Under the pieces are notes generated by a model, which saw nothing but the letters and a program-made list of their open reading frames with translations, was not told the origin of the DNA and made no database searches. A stretch of 64,000 bases of DNA. It comes from Antedon mediterranea (lineage: Eukaryota; Animalia; Echinodermata). The stretch is from the NCBI RefSeq assembly GCF_964355755.1, contig NC_092671.1, positions 2,170,001 through 2,234,000 of the forward strand, given 5' to 3'. The position numbers and the translations under genes were made by a program. Shown here piece by piece: positions 39,601-51,385 of this stretch (positions are counted from its first letter, which is position 1; each line of letters starts with the position of its first letter).

Positions 39601-42600
39601 CAATTCTATTCGATATTTGGTCATAAATCATAACATTATAAATTGTTATCAGATTCTAGAATTTAGATCAAATAAAGTATAATATCTTGTTTTGGATAAC
39701 TGAATTATTTTCCTAATGCGGACAATCGCATTTATCATATTTCCAAATTTGAAATATCTTACAAAAAGCATATAAAAAGCTATTGTTCAAAAAATCAAAA
39801 GGAATAAAAAAATATTATTGATTGATTAGTTTAATTTCTGTGTTGCAATCGTTACCTGTACTGGGGCACCACCATACTTATCATCAAGCTCAGTGGATTT
39901 AAGAGCTGCTGTTCCTGATTCATCTTTTGAAGATTCACGACCCTGTTAAATGATAACTACACACATTAGTACAAAATGCAATAATAGCTATCTAGGATAG
40001 ACACGGTGGAACTTGTAGCAGGCATTTATGCACATATTCTATCAAATTTATAACAAAATATTGGGTATAACATACCAGCCAGTAGTAGATGATGTATTGT
40101 TCACGACTTCGCTGGCGATATGTATATAAAATAACGTAAGAGTCTCCGCCAAAAAACTGACCATACAGCTGCTTCTCAAGTGGTACCAAATCGAAGTTCT
40201 CAACACGCCAGATCTGAAGGGAAAAAGTTAAAATAAATTAGTTATTCATCAAAATGTTCTGCGCATTCAGATGAAGTTTCTATAGCTCTTTCAATATGTT
40301 TACCTCTTTAGTAGTGTACCTCATTTGATTGCTTGGTAATTTTGTACATACATGACTGCACTGATATGAGCATAATATTTGTCCTTTGTTGCATGCCATG
40401 AATAAATTTTACCTAGCACCTACCTAGTATCAATTTATATCAGTAAATCCCTGTCCACACTATCAACAAAATGTGATGTGCCCATATATGGACATGATCA
40501 CTACCATATTTCGGCACAACTAGTTTGATAGTGTAGAGAGAGCTTTAGACCAACTTATTAAACATCACAGACTTAACTTGCTATGTATCATTTAAAAAAA
40601 AGATTACCTCAATCTTTCCGTCACCAGCATCAAACATTTTCAACTGTGCAGCCATTGAGGGGTCGGCTTCAAGGTCAGAGGTCTTGACCTGGTGAAGGGT
40701 GCTGGCATCAAACTTCTTTTGTTGAACACGGGCTGCAATTTGAAAAAAACTTTTCGTTAAACAATAAAACATTTAAATAGTAATTAATTTAAATACAACA
40801 GAATTATTTATGCCCATTCAGATTTAATTATTAACTGTGAAATGAAATAAAATAAATTACCAACTCCTCTTCCAACGGTGAACGTCTTTCCAGGTCCGCT
40901 CACATCTCCTTTATCACGCCAATTCTTAAAGATGGCTTTGAATTGAGCTGGCTCACCGTTTTCTATCACTGTGGTTACTGGGGTGTGAGGTGGGTATTTC
41001 TTTGCCTTGATAAAACCCTATAGTGATGGTATGGGTAACAAACTATAAAGTTAATTATTTTATCACAATCAATTTGAGAATTATTGACAATTTAACATTA
41101 AATTATTATTAAAATAAATGCTTACAAATTCAAGAATGTAAAAAATACAAATGACAAAAATGTGCACATCAAGAAAAAAAACAAAAGAAAAATGAACCAA
41201 ATATTTACCAGTTAAATCTGAAACTAAATCAATGACTAAATACATTACAAAAATATACAGAATAACTAATATATAAATAAAAACAAATTAGTCTACTACT
41301 TAAAAACATGAGAAAGTAACATTTATACACAAAACAAAGTTTATCATTGTGAAACCTAAATAAAATCTTATATATAAACTTATATTAAGCTCTGTCTAAA
41401 CAATCAAACTTTATGTGACATAAAAATGTAATGTGCCCATATATGGACATAACATATTTGGGCATATCACCACCATATTTGGGGATATCACACTTTTTTT
41501 TGTCAAACTAGTTTGATAGTGTAGATACAATGTATGGTATTTGAAGTCTATGTACTCTATACTTAGTTCATAATATGTGTATTATAATTTATTTACGTAG
41601 TAACTATTTTTATAATTGTGCTTAACTAATACCCCTACTAATTTCATATACCCAGATACTTACCTTTATTCTACATACAAACCATTGGCAAGTGGAAGGT
41701 TCAAAGGTCATAGTTCACAGCGAAATATCATGTCTTTTCAAAATTTCTTACAGAATTTCACCAAAAGGGTAAATTAGGAAATTGCATGACGGAAATGAAT
41801 AAGAGAAGGTGAAGAAAACAGAGAAAATGTGAATGAATTTTTGTTTTGATGTATGGAAATTTAATGAGAATAAATAGTGGTATTTAAAATGATTGATGCA
41901 TTTGTTATTAAAAAAAAAATGTAAAGTATTATTTTTTTGCGCAAGCAATTTAAAAATTTACACAAAAATTTATATTCAGATTTCTGCACAATATTATTAT
42001 GTAAAATTATTAGAATTAGTAAAAACGTTCCAATATTAGAAATATTGTAGTATTAGGAGAAACAGCGGGATTGTTACCAAAATAGATAAATATTAAATAA
42101 AAATAAAATAAATAAATATTCTGTATTATGCATAAAGTTATTAATACAATATTAAAGGTACCATTCTTTGTGGGGTTGCTGTTATAGTATGCAAAATTAT
42201 GAATTTTTATTTTACCAAAATTAGTAATTACTAGTTCCTGATATATGTTTATATTATAAATATTACAATAATACATATTATGTGACTTAACAAAAATGTA
42301 TAATGCTGTGAAGTGATTAGCTTGTAAAAGAATTTAGTGAGTAGTGGATAAGTAGTGAATACGGAAGGAAGAGTAGAAAAGAACAGTTGTTTGTTTAGCA
42401 TATGATTAGCATTAAATAATATATATATATATATATATATTTATTTAGAGTAAAGATTTCATGCAGGTAAAAGGTAGTCTTTAAGCAATTATTTAGATAT
42501 TTTATTATTTCACATCATGCAGCTGATTTTTAAGACTTTAGTTGCAAGATAAGATTGTAATTGTTAGTATCTCTGGTAAAGTTGTAGGCAGGGAGTTTCA

Positions 42601-45600
42601 TAACGATACCATGTTCCTTTTCTTAATACTCTTGTGAAAATAGTGGGTACAAAAATGGTACATATAAAGGCATCTTTAAAATGTCCCATAGTTGGGCTAA
42701 GATGAGGTGTGTGGGTTTTTGGTTAGCGCACCCCTTTGTTTACAGTCAAGATCTTCCGTTAGTCCATGCATAAAATTCTCTGCCTAGATTACAGATCAGT
42801 CTGCTACACTTCATTATTGAAACCATTACCAGGTCTTGTAGATAGAGTGTTAATATTTGTAATAAACCTAGCATTTTGTTAATCAACCTCAACAACTTCT
42901 AGTGTAAAGGTACTTAAACTACATACTAAGCACTTCATGCATAGTTACTTAATAGAAAGCATGTGTGCTTATTTTTTTTAATATTAGCACAATATAAGCA
43001 ATCTAACATAAGAAATAAAAATGCAAGTAATTGCCTGAAATTATAAATGGTTAGTACAGAAATTAAAATAAAATGTTATCATATTAATGATGCTTAAATT
43101 AATTTGTTAAAAAAAAAAATAAAAATAATGGATAGATAACATACAAAGTTCACTTCAAGCCATGCAAAAAACAAACAAAAACAAAAGCAAAAAATATGAT
43201 AAATATGACAATAGATAATAATACAATAAAGTACAGATCTCTTGCAAATTAAAACAGAGACCGGTTAAAAAAAGGTTTGATACAAAATAAAAAACAAGGA
43301 ATGAAGTAAAAATAAATATATGTAGGCATAGCAAAATTAGAGGGAAACCATATCACATCTGTTTCTGTTTAGGGTGCACAAACCGGGTATATGAAATCAT
43401 AAATACCCAAGACTGGAATAATATTGGTGAAAAAACATCTACAAAAATAGTAAAAATTCTACAGTAACAGAATTGATCAGCATTAAAATAAAAAGCTCAG
43501 ATGCGATATGTTTGGTATAAAATGTGCCCAATACCAACTACAAACACGTTTAGCATTCCATTTATTAATCAGAGAGCAAGCAAAAAATAAAAATAGCAAC
43601 TAAACAATATCAATGGAACTAATTTACTCAAATCGAACTATTAAAATGACAAAAATTTGCATATGAAACTACAAATATTGTGCAAAGAAAATGAAGATAA
43701 AACAAGGAGTTGGCGACAAGAAGTTAAAAAAAAGACATGGATATAAGGTCATGAACTTTGACCTAGGGTTACATGGAGACAACAGCAGAGCAAAAATGCA
43801 ATAAGGCAGAAAGTTGTTTAGTTTAATGAATTTTACAAATTTGGTTTATTTTGAAACATTATACCAGAGTTTCATAAACATATAAATAAACTGACAATTG
43901 CTATAGCAAGTAATTTATGAAAACTAGGCAAAACAGTAAATTTTAAAAACAAAATTGTGTTACAAATTGTCCATTTCTGCCAAATTGATTCAAGTGCAAC
44001 AACTGATGTGAAAGAACTTTAAGCACGCCGTGGAATAGAATTAGCATTGGGAACTTTACCAAGGCGTTCTTGAAAGCCCTATCTCTCTCGTTTTTTGTCG
44101 CCCCCTTTCCCTTCCACACAAAAATTCCGGATTGACCTTGATCAACGATGAAACAATCCTGCAATGATAAATTGTTAAGTATTACACAAATTATATTATA
44201 GTGTATGGGTAATACCACTGCCTCGGAGGGTGTTATTTGCTGAGTTGTGTGCTCCCTCAGAGAGGAAATGCCTTTTATGGTTTATCCAGGTAAGCCAGGC
44301 ACAAAATGGACTAAATATATTATACTATAATGCATGGATGATACCACTGTTTTGGAGTGGGAGTTACTACTTTTTGAGTCAAGTGCTCCTCAGAGTAAAA
44401 AGACCTATGTGGTTTATCCAGATAAGCTAGGCACAAAATAGACTATACTACACTCTGACAATGGATTAAACTGACAATTTCTATCAATATATTCTTTTGG
44501 TGGTCAATTTAACAACACAATAGTAATATGTTCTTTCTTTTTACATTGAATTATGTTTTGCATATCGGATTTAATAACTGTAACAATAGTAATAAAATAT
44601 GGTCTTTCTTTTTCAATCATACCACACTTTCACATATAGGATGGTAAAAACAAATGAAGCTGATTACATTCCATTTTGACAAGAAAGACAGACAAACCTT
44701 AGAATCTAGTGAACTCTGGTTGAGTGGTGGAGCTCCAATTTCAGTGACCACCAGGGATCCAGACTCATCAGTCACCCTTAAAAAAAACAATGTAATGTTT
44801 ATTGTTAATTGTTAATATAATGTTAACATTTTTCTCTGTCTTGAAACGTAAGATAAATTGATACTGGTTTACAATTAATGAACTACTTATCGATAATTAA
44901 TGTATGTAACTGTCTACATGGTAATACAATCAAAATTTATATAAAAATCAATGGCAAACATTTTCGTTTATTCCTGTCAAATTGATATATAAAATAAAGA
45001 AACAAATGGGCTTTTACTTATTCAATTTATTTAAAAATTATGATTAGGGATGTCAAACAATTTTGTTTTGAATACACTAAAACATTCATCATGAAACTGT
45101 CAGATGAGTTCTGGTTATTTTTTTAATAAAAGCAAATGAAAAATTTTCACAAATTATCAGGAAAGCTCTTCTTAACCTAACTTTCTATATAGAAAAACAT
45201 TAATATAAATCGTTATATAAGATATTATTTAAAAATAAATTTTAAGCATGTACTTACTTGTAGAGCTTTGTGTTGGCTTGAAGTTTTCTTGAGAACTTCT
45301 CATCATCACCTCCTGCTGTAGCTGGGGCAACAGACCCTTTCTGACCCCCTAGGGCGGCTAAGGCCACCGGGTTAACGTCCTTCACAGCACCGTTTAGGAC
45401 CTCTATATGTGCTCTGCCTCCCCTCTCATCATCTCGGATACTCTGGGCTACCTCTATACCCTGTCAATTTATATCATTCAGTTTATTGATATATTTTAAT
45501 AATACAGTCAACTCTCCTAATACTGAGAGCCTTTGGCTGGCATAATATATATGGTTTTTCAAAAAATCTTGTATCCTAAGTGGCTTTTATATTGCAGCCG

Positions 45601-48600
45601 GATTCGTTCCAGCGCCTCGAGAAAAATATTGCGGGGGCTGACATGCTTTCACATCAAGCACGAATTTCGTTATCAGATGTCAATTGAGGTCATTCATGCT
45701 CACTGTTGAACTTTACCACTGAACCCATTTTCTACAATATTTGTTTTGGACCAAATCTGACCGCAATGTGAAAGCAGCATAAATGTGTTTTTAATTGTAA
45801 AATAGAAGTTTAGACCTCAAAATACAGATTCCTACATTTGAACAGTTAAAATTAATTAATTAATTAATTAATTAATTAGTTTCTTTTATATCACTTACAG
45901 TTCAATTTTTGTCTGTGTGTGTCAATATTATATTATCAAATGTCAGTACATATATTTTTACTTTAAACATTTAATTAAAAATACTTTTCTGATAACGAAA
46001 CAATAGAAAGTGTGATGTAGAGAAATGACTCATATATAGATTATACCTTCATCTTCTCCATCCTGTTGCTATCTGTTCCATGCCATACAAAGATTTGTTG
46101 GCCTAGATCTAGAATAAAGACGTCACCTTGATTCAGGGATGCCCACTCCAACGCAACCTGCAAACAAAATAGTAACTTATTATGCCAAAGACAACCCTTA
46201 AAAACACTACCTATTTTTATATTTGTAAGAGGTTGTGGTGCAGTTTGTTGGACTTTGGACTACTGATCATGAGATCGTGGGTTCGAATTCAATGCTTGTT
46301 TCTTAGGCAAGACACTTTACTTACGTTTGCCTATCCCAAACCAGGTGTACAAATTATGGGAGTATGTTTCCATACGTGTTTGATCCAAAAATGACCAGGG
46401 TAATAATGACCAGGGTAATAATGACCAGGGTAATAATATGTAGAGTACAGCTCTTAGAGATTTCACAACATTAGGTGCTTTTTAAATCCAGAACATTATC
46501 AAATATTATCCTAAACATATTTTTGAGTGATTTAAAAAATTTCTCCTTACTGGAATAACACGAACGTTCCTTTTTCCTTTCACTTTCAGAAGTCGCTTCT
46601 CAAATTTGTTTCGATCAACTGTTTTGAATCCGGACTTAATGCCTCCAGTTTGGTACCTAAATTTAAAAAACAAATAAATAAAATATTTCAATTAAATCTG
46701 AAATTTAATAATTTATTTAAAATAAAAAAAAAGGTATAGGTACTTACCGGATTCCCTTCTTAAAGTACGAGACAAAGAGTTGACTTTCATGTTCTTGCAC
46801 TTCTCGATGTTGGACAGGGCTCCCTCCAAGCTGGTCATCCAACTCAACTGTCTTGTATGCTGCAACTCCTGCCTCATCCTGGTAAGATTAGAAAAAAGCC
46901 GCTCTTGAATATGATTGAACCATCCTCATACGGAAAAAATGGTAAGGTGGTTGGCCCATGTAATCATAAAAATCCAAACCCTCATACGCCTCTACTTTAT
47001 ACAGTATTATAAGCACTATTTCACTCTTTTCTCTTTTAATAGTCTCATATACAAAACATAAGTTAAGTGTAAACAAATAAATAAAATAAAACTTGAAACA
47101 TTTGAAGGTCTTACTTACATTAGAAGTTTCACGTCCAAGCCAAAAATGAATATTCCAATCAAAACCATTTCCGACCTTGCGAGTCTATAAAATAAAGAAA
47201 ATTATTACATACTTAAGTTACTAATAACTCATAATCAATTGTTCATACATTAATAAGTGAATTGTAAAAATGTATTTAGTATTTATCAAGGCAGAAAAAT
47301 GGGATAAAATAGTAATACAGTAGCTAATTGAATGTAACCCAAAAGTGTGTATGATGAGGATTTAATGTTGACAACTTTAAGACTGCTTTCATGTGGAAAT
47401 TGTATTAAATATTTGGAGAAAAAAACCTGAGTTTGGATTGGCAATTTATATGTATTTTAATTGCAGCTGAATGGAAGTGTCTGTTGCTAGATGAGTGATT
47501 ATAAATGACAAACAGAAGGCAGGTGTCATCGACTATTGCTTTCTACGTCGTCGTTTAAAATACTACTCATAGATTAAAATATTTACATTCTGTTTTCAAC
47601 CAATATTTCTTTAAAAACACATTTCTGTAAAGGCACTTCTCTGCTCCGGCACGGTTCTGGTTCGGCGAATGTGCAAGCAATATCTAGACCATGTCCTGTT
47701 TGCTAGTTATTTGAACAGCAATAAATCCATCGCTAGTGGGTACATCATTGTGAAATTTAATTTAATTTTTATTTTATTTAATCGAAACCAACAGCGATAA
47801 TTACCGCCACTAACAGGTTTGATACAAACAAAGCCAGGACTGTTTAAAGCACCTTGATTGGTCCTAACATTGATCAAGGGCTTCTCTCGTCCAGTGCCCA
47901 CCTTGACCAGAGGTCTGAGGCAGATACTAGATGCAGGGGCTGCCATAAGAGTCAGCAGTGCTGATTTCAAATGCCTAACGGGACCCCAGCTCCGTATACA
48001 GCACCCGTTATTCCCAGATGGTCTCCCATCCAAGCTCTAACCAGGCCCAACGTCGCTTAACTTCGGTGATCTGACGAGAACCGGTGTTTCAACGTGGTAA
48101 AGCCGTATTCAACGTGGTAAAGCCGTATAAATATTTTCCCTTTAAATACCAATCTAAGGCTGCTATATGGACTGGATACACATGTAATTCTATTTGAGCA
48201 CTCATTACAATATGGAAAAAATCTCATAGGGAGCGTTTATTAGAAACAATACAGTATTTCAATATTAAATGCATTTAAATATTGAGACACTGTTAAGCAG
48301 ATGTATGATGAATAGTTATATAGGCATGCACGGCACCCAACTCAAAGTCTAATAGTAAAAGGATAGTCGATTGACACGCCAATTAATATTGGCTGTTAGA
48401 AATGTTTACATACCACCTACACAGCCACAAACTACTGGTGATGAAATGTAGGATAGATCTCACTGCTAGAAAATTGTCAATAAATTGAACCCAATTACTG
48501 ATTTATTATGTGACTCTTTATCAATTACCTTGCCCAAAATAGGCGTGTATGTTTAGTCTAGTCACAGCAGTGACCGTATGTAAATTTGATTAAGCACAAA

Positions 48601-49866
48601 CTGGGGTATACTCCCACAGTAAGCCCACACTGGTGTATAAGTCTACACTGGTAGATAAGCTCAAACTGGTACAGTATATAATATAACTCTACACTGATGA
48701 ATATGCCCACGCTGATGTATAAGCCCATGCTTGTATATAAGCCAATGCTGGTGAATAAGCCCACGTTGGTGTATAAGCCCAAGCTGGTGAATAAGCCCAC
48801 GCTGGTGTATAAGCCCACGCTGGTGTATAAGCTTACACTGGTATATAAGCCCATGCTGGTGAATAAGCCCATGCTGATGTATAAGCCCAGGCTGGTGTAT
48901 AAGCCCACGTTTGTGTATAAGCCCACGTTTGTGTATAAGCCCATGCTTGTATAAGCCAACGCTGGTGAATAAGCCAATGCTTGTATATAAGCCCACGCTG
49001 GTGTATATGCCTATGCTGGTGCATAAGCCCACGCTGGTATATAAACCCATGCTGGTGTATAAGCCCACGTTGGTGTATAAGCCCATGCTGGTATATAAGC
49101 CTACACTGGTATATAATAAGCCCACACTGGTTGATAAGCCATCGTGTTGAATAATAAATGAGTAGGTACTCAAAGGCTGGCAGATACTTTATTCGTTAGT
49201 CAACATGAGCCAAAGAACATAACTATCCCAGTGAAGAATAATCAAAGTACACTGTGCTACTAGGAAATGAGATTGTGTATTGTATAATAAATAATGTACG
49301 CCCAATAAATTAAATAAAACAAACAACTAGAGCAGTTATAATTTGCTCTATATATACCTCTAACTGTACACAATATACTTCATCAACCATGGATATCAAT
49401 TCAATGGGGTTGACAAGGCCACAAGACATTATCAAATTCTAACAATTTACTGTAGTACAGTACTACAACGGTCAACTCTCCCAATACAGGCCACCTTTGG
49501 GCTGGCCTAAAATATCGGGTTTTTCAAAAAGTCTGGTATTCTGAATGTGTTTCTAATGGTAAAATGAATTTGGTACTTTTTGGACCTCAAGGAAAGTCTG
49601 GTTTTTGGAGATTTTCCTGTTTTCAGAGAGTTTGGTATTGGTAGAGTTGACTCAGACTAATATTATACTTTTAAGATTTCAATAATATGCGTTGATTTCT
49701 TTAATGACTATTTACTCACATGAAGGACAATGTAAGAATCTCCTTGGAAGAAGTGACCATAATCTTTCTCTGGCCAACTCACAACTTTCATGTTCTCAAT
49801 CCTCCAGATCTTAATACCTTCTTTCCTGCCTGCATCCCTAAATGCTGGATCAATTTGCAAAGCCAT
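30512..49866 (-). CDS. VIL1/AVIL-like: Villin/advillin-like actin-binding protein (6 gelsolin repeats + villin headpiece), complete, 22 coding exons using one of two alternative exon-13 copies, 834 aa
   Basis: ATG in perfect Kozak context GCCACCATGG at 49866. All exons join in frame through GT-AG introns. Motifs [47 protein letters not shown], and headpiece [11 protein letters not shown]...[16 protein letters not shown]. Confidence 0.97.
31024..31137 (-). CDS. VIL1/AVIL-like: villin exon 21: [38 protein letters not shown]
   Basis: tttag / gtaaaa, 114 nt, headpiece N-subdomain. Confidence 0.95.
32352..32357 (-). CDS. VIL1/AVIL-like: candidate 6-nt villin microexon ACTGAG (Thr-Glu) in the G6-headpiece linker
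   Basis: minus strand ...tgtttgctggtaattatcctgatttag|ACTGAG|gtatga; phase 0-0; about 80-nt AG-free upstream zone. Confidence 0.55.
32780..33207. repeat. 22-bp minisatellite (gcctagacgtgactagtgccca)n
   Basis: About 19 tandem copies in villin intron 20. Confidence 0.95.
33295..33366 (-). CDS. VIL1/AVIL-like: villin exon 20 (linker): [24 protein letters not shown]
   Basis: accag / gtaagt, 72 nt. Confidence 0.9.
33631..33822 (-). CDS. VIL1/AVIL-like: villin exon 19: [64 protein letters not shown]
   Basis: atcag / gtgagt, 192 nt. Confidence 0.96.
34264..34401 (-). CDS. VIL1/AVIL-like: villin exon 18: [46 protein letters not shown]
   Basis: tttag / gtatta, 138 nt. Confidence 0.96.
34601..35529. 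mobile_element. PIF/Harbinger-type non-autonomous element, 929 bp
   Basis: TIR CGCCCGTATTCTTAAACCGGACTTTAGTCGTAGTTCGA at both ends; TAA target duplication at 34598-34600 and 35530-35532. Confidence 0.92.
35676..35772 (-). CDS. VIL1/AVIL-like: villin exon 17: [32 protein letters not shown]
   Basis: tttag / gtaagt, 97 nt. Confidence 0.95.
35988..36046 (-). CDS. VIL1/AVIL-like: villin exon 16: [20 protein letters not shown]
   Basis: tttag / gtaagg, 59 nt, ends phase 2. Confidence 0.93.
36190..36273 (-). CDS. VIL1/AVIL-like: villin exon 15: [28 protein letters not shown]
   Basis: tttag / gtaaga, 84 nt. Confidence 0.96.
36642..36755 (-). CDS. VIL1/AVIL-like: villin exon 14: [38 protein letters not shown]
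   Basis: tttag / gtatta, 114 nt. Confidence 0.95.
38160..38910. repeat. 16-bp purine/pyrimidine-skewed minisatellite (agaaaggagaagttac)n, about 46 copies
   Basis: Direct tandem repetition with degenerate flanks to about 38040 and 39058. Confidence 0.97.
39061..39132 (-). CDS. VIL1/AVIL-like: villin exon 13b (alternative copy): [24 protein letters not shown]
   Basis: ttctag / AAG|gtactt, 72 nt, phase 0-0, homologous to 13a. Confidence 0.9.
39430..39501 (-). CDS. VIL1/AVIL-like: villin exon 13a (alternative copy): [24 protein letters not shown]
   Basis: tttag / AAG|gtaagg, 72 nt, phase 0-0. Confidence 0.93.
39856..39942 (-). CDS. VIL1/AVIL-like: villin exon 12: [29 protein letters not shown]
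   Basis: aacag / gtaacg, 87 nt. Confidence 0.96.
40076..40213 (-). CDS. VIL1/AVIL-like: villin exon 11: [46 protein letters not shown]
   Basis: ttcag / gtatgt, 138 nt. Confidence 0.96.
40608..40732 (-). CDS. VIL1/AVIL-like: villin exon 10: [42 protein letters not shown]
   Basis: tgcag / gtaatc, 125 nt. Confidence 0.95.
40861..41017 (-). CDS. VIL1/AVIL-like: villin exon 9: [52 protein letters not shown]
   Basis: tatag / gtaatt, 157 nt. Confidence 0.96.
44060..44158 (-). CDS. VIL1/AVIL-like: villin exon 8: [33 protein letters not shown]
   Basis: tgcag / gtaaag, 99 nt. Confidence 0.96.
44698..44776 (-). CDS. VIL1/AVIL-like: villin exon 7: [26 protein letters not shown]
   Basis: taag / gtttgt, 79 nt. 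Confidence 0.93.
45258..45460 (-). CDS. VIL1/AVIL-like: villin exon 6: [22 protein letters not shown]...KLYK
   Basis: acag / gtaagt, 203 nt. Confidence 0.95.
46047..46157 (-). CDS. VIL1/AVIL-like: villin exon 5: [37 protein letters not shown]
   Basis: tgcag / gtataa, 111 nt. Confidence 0.96.
46228..46500 (+). mobile_element. tRNA-derived SINE, second family, degenerate
   Basis: tggtgcagt...gggttcgaattc B-box, ttaggcaagacactt core, AT-rich tail. Confidence 0.65.
46551..46656 (-). CDS. VIL1/AVIL-like: villin exon 4: [35 protein letters not shown]
   Basis: tttag / gtaagg, 106 nt. Confidence 0.96.
46748..46878 (-). CDS. VIL1/AVIL-like: villin exon 3: [44 protein letters not shown]
   Basis: ccag / gtaagt, 131 nt, ends phase 2. 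Confidence 0.96.
47119..47184 (-). CDS. VIL1/AVIL-like: villin exon 2: [22 protein letters not shown]
   Basis: tatag / gtaagt, 66 nt. Confidence 0.95.
47820..48127 (-). mobile_element. 5S rRNA-derived SINE (SINE3-like) or 5S pseudogene fused to a non-5S body
   Basis: 47997-48107 minus reads tacggctttaccacgttgaaacaccggttctcgtcagatcaccgaagttaagcgacgttgggcctggttagagcttggatgggagaccatctgggaataacgggtgctgta (5S-like). No oligo-T terminator follows; a GC-richer body continues. Confidence 0.8.
48620..49140. repeat. 18-bp minisatellite (tataagcccacgctggtg)n
   Basis: Tandem copies; source of the ORFs at 48558-49173. Confidence 0.95.
49470..49653. mobile_element. pogo-like MITE (related copies near 45505 and 50680-50850)
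   Basis: gtcaactctcccaatac...gtattggtagagttgac inverted termini. Confidence 0.6.
49720..49866 (-). CDS. VIL1/AVIL-like: villin coding exon 1: [49 protein letters not shown] (exon extends to acceptor at 49897)
   Basis: cttcag acceptor before 49897, Kozak ATG, CAT|gtgagt donor. Confidence 0.95.
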
Positions 49867-50311
49867 GGTGGCAATAGAGGAAATGCCTAGGTACTATCTG
49901 AAGAAGAAAATAAGAGGTTTTATTGTAAATTGACTATGTTATTCTTAAGCTCTGTCTACACTATCAAACTTTATGTGACAACAAAATCTCGAAATAAAGC
50001 CCATACTATCTTGAAAGGGGGCTTTATTTCGAGATTGGCTTCTTTTTTAGAGTACTTTTGCAAACTGTGGAGGGGGGCTTCTTTTCGAGATTTAAGCCCA
50101 TGGGCTTCTTTTCGAGGTTTTACGGTATACGGACATGATGATGTCATTTCACTACCATATTTGGGCACATCACACTTTTTTATCAAACTAGTTTGATAGT
50201 GTAGCTATGCTATCTTTGATCGATTGATTAACAATATAAAAACAATAATGTACAACATGGCAGGGCATTTACAGTATTTGAAATGGTGTTTCATTAGCAA
50301 ACCTCTGTACA

Positions 50312-50489
50312 GCGTGGTTCCCACTAGCGACGCAACGCAAGGACGTAACGCAACGCAAGTGAATTTACCAATCACAAGCGATGGCTTATTCGCTTGTGAT
50401 TGCTAACTGTCTATAACTTCGCTTGTCATTGGTTAAAACGCTTGCGTTGCGTTTACGTCCTTGCGTTACGTTCTAGTGGGAACCAAGCT
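50312..50489. mobile_element. MITE family with TIR GCTTGGTTCCCACTAG (other copies 31764-31885, 32027-32151, 36852-36981)
   Basis: Inverted termini and internal acgcaacgcaag/ttgcgttgcgt symmetry. Confidence 0.85.
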
Positions 50490-51385
50490 TAAATTGTCTT
50501 TTATCATGTAATAAACCATTGTAGAAACTTTGTAAAATAATTACTTTACAAATTTGAAGCTATTCAACTGTTTTGTAAAGACTGCACACATCAATGGAGA
50601 TGAGGAGGATCAAACGTGTACAAACTGTAAACAATATATTTGTGTATTCAAAACATTCCGTTACACATTATATTAATATTTGTCGACTCTCCCAATACTC
50701 GACTCTCTTTGAAAATGGAAATTCCACAAAACCAGAAATTTCTTGAGGTCTACTGTAAAAGGTCCCAAATTCCATTGACCAGAGGGTTTGAAAAAAATAT
50801 GAATACTACAGTACACCCAAGGGTGGTGGTATTGGAAGAGATGATCACCGTAAAAGATCTGTTGTATTAATGAACACAAATTAGCAGAGCATAAATCAAG
50901 TAAAACTTTCCACCCTGTAGCAAAATGGAAGCTTCCACAAACATTATTAGAATAAATGAAATACTGTGTTAAAGGTTAAATAAATATAGAAAATATGAAT
51001 ATGTGTATAATAGTTAACTAATGAACAAGAAGAAAGTTAAACAATCAAAATAAGGAACTAACTGTGTATTAATTCTGCCAAGAAATATTATTCAAGATAA
51101 ATAATTAATTTCAAAATATATTTTACAGTATTTTCTTTAAAAAAAGTCAGATATATAGATGGCTATCTGAAAATATGCATTAAAATAAAACAATAGATAT
51201 TAACAATGATGTATTATTACCCAGATAAGGTAAATTTTAGTAAAAAATATTCAATTAATTTCTCCCACATTTCACAGGAAAGTGTCCCTTTAATAGTGGT
51301 GTCCCTTTAACAGTGCTTTCTCAAATGAGGGGTTCTGCTGTATGAGTCACGATAAAATCTCAAACCAGTACAGTATTTCTTTTAA

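Noticed and set aside
41018-44059. Alternative terminal exon giving a three-domain severin-like isoform
   Set aside because: No candidate exon encoding a G3 C-terminal half was found by eye; the small AG/GT-bounded pieces checked give stops.
47997-48107. Functional 5S rRNA gene
   Set aside because: Single copy with substitutions and indels relative to the recalled consensus, missing terminal bases and no oligo-T terminator; treated as SINE3 or pseudogene.
48558-49173. Repeat-protein ORFs (SVGLYT)n; likewise ORFs at 24924, 27259, 28524, 38041 and 60491
   Set aside because: Translations of minisatellites.
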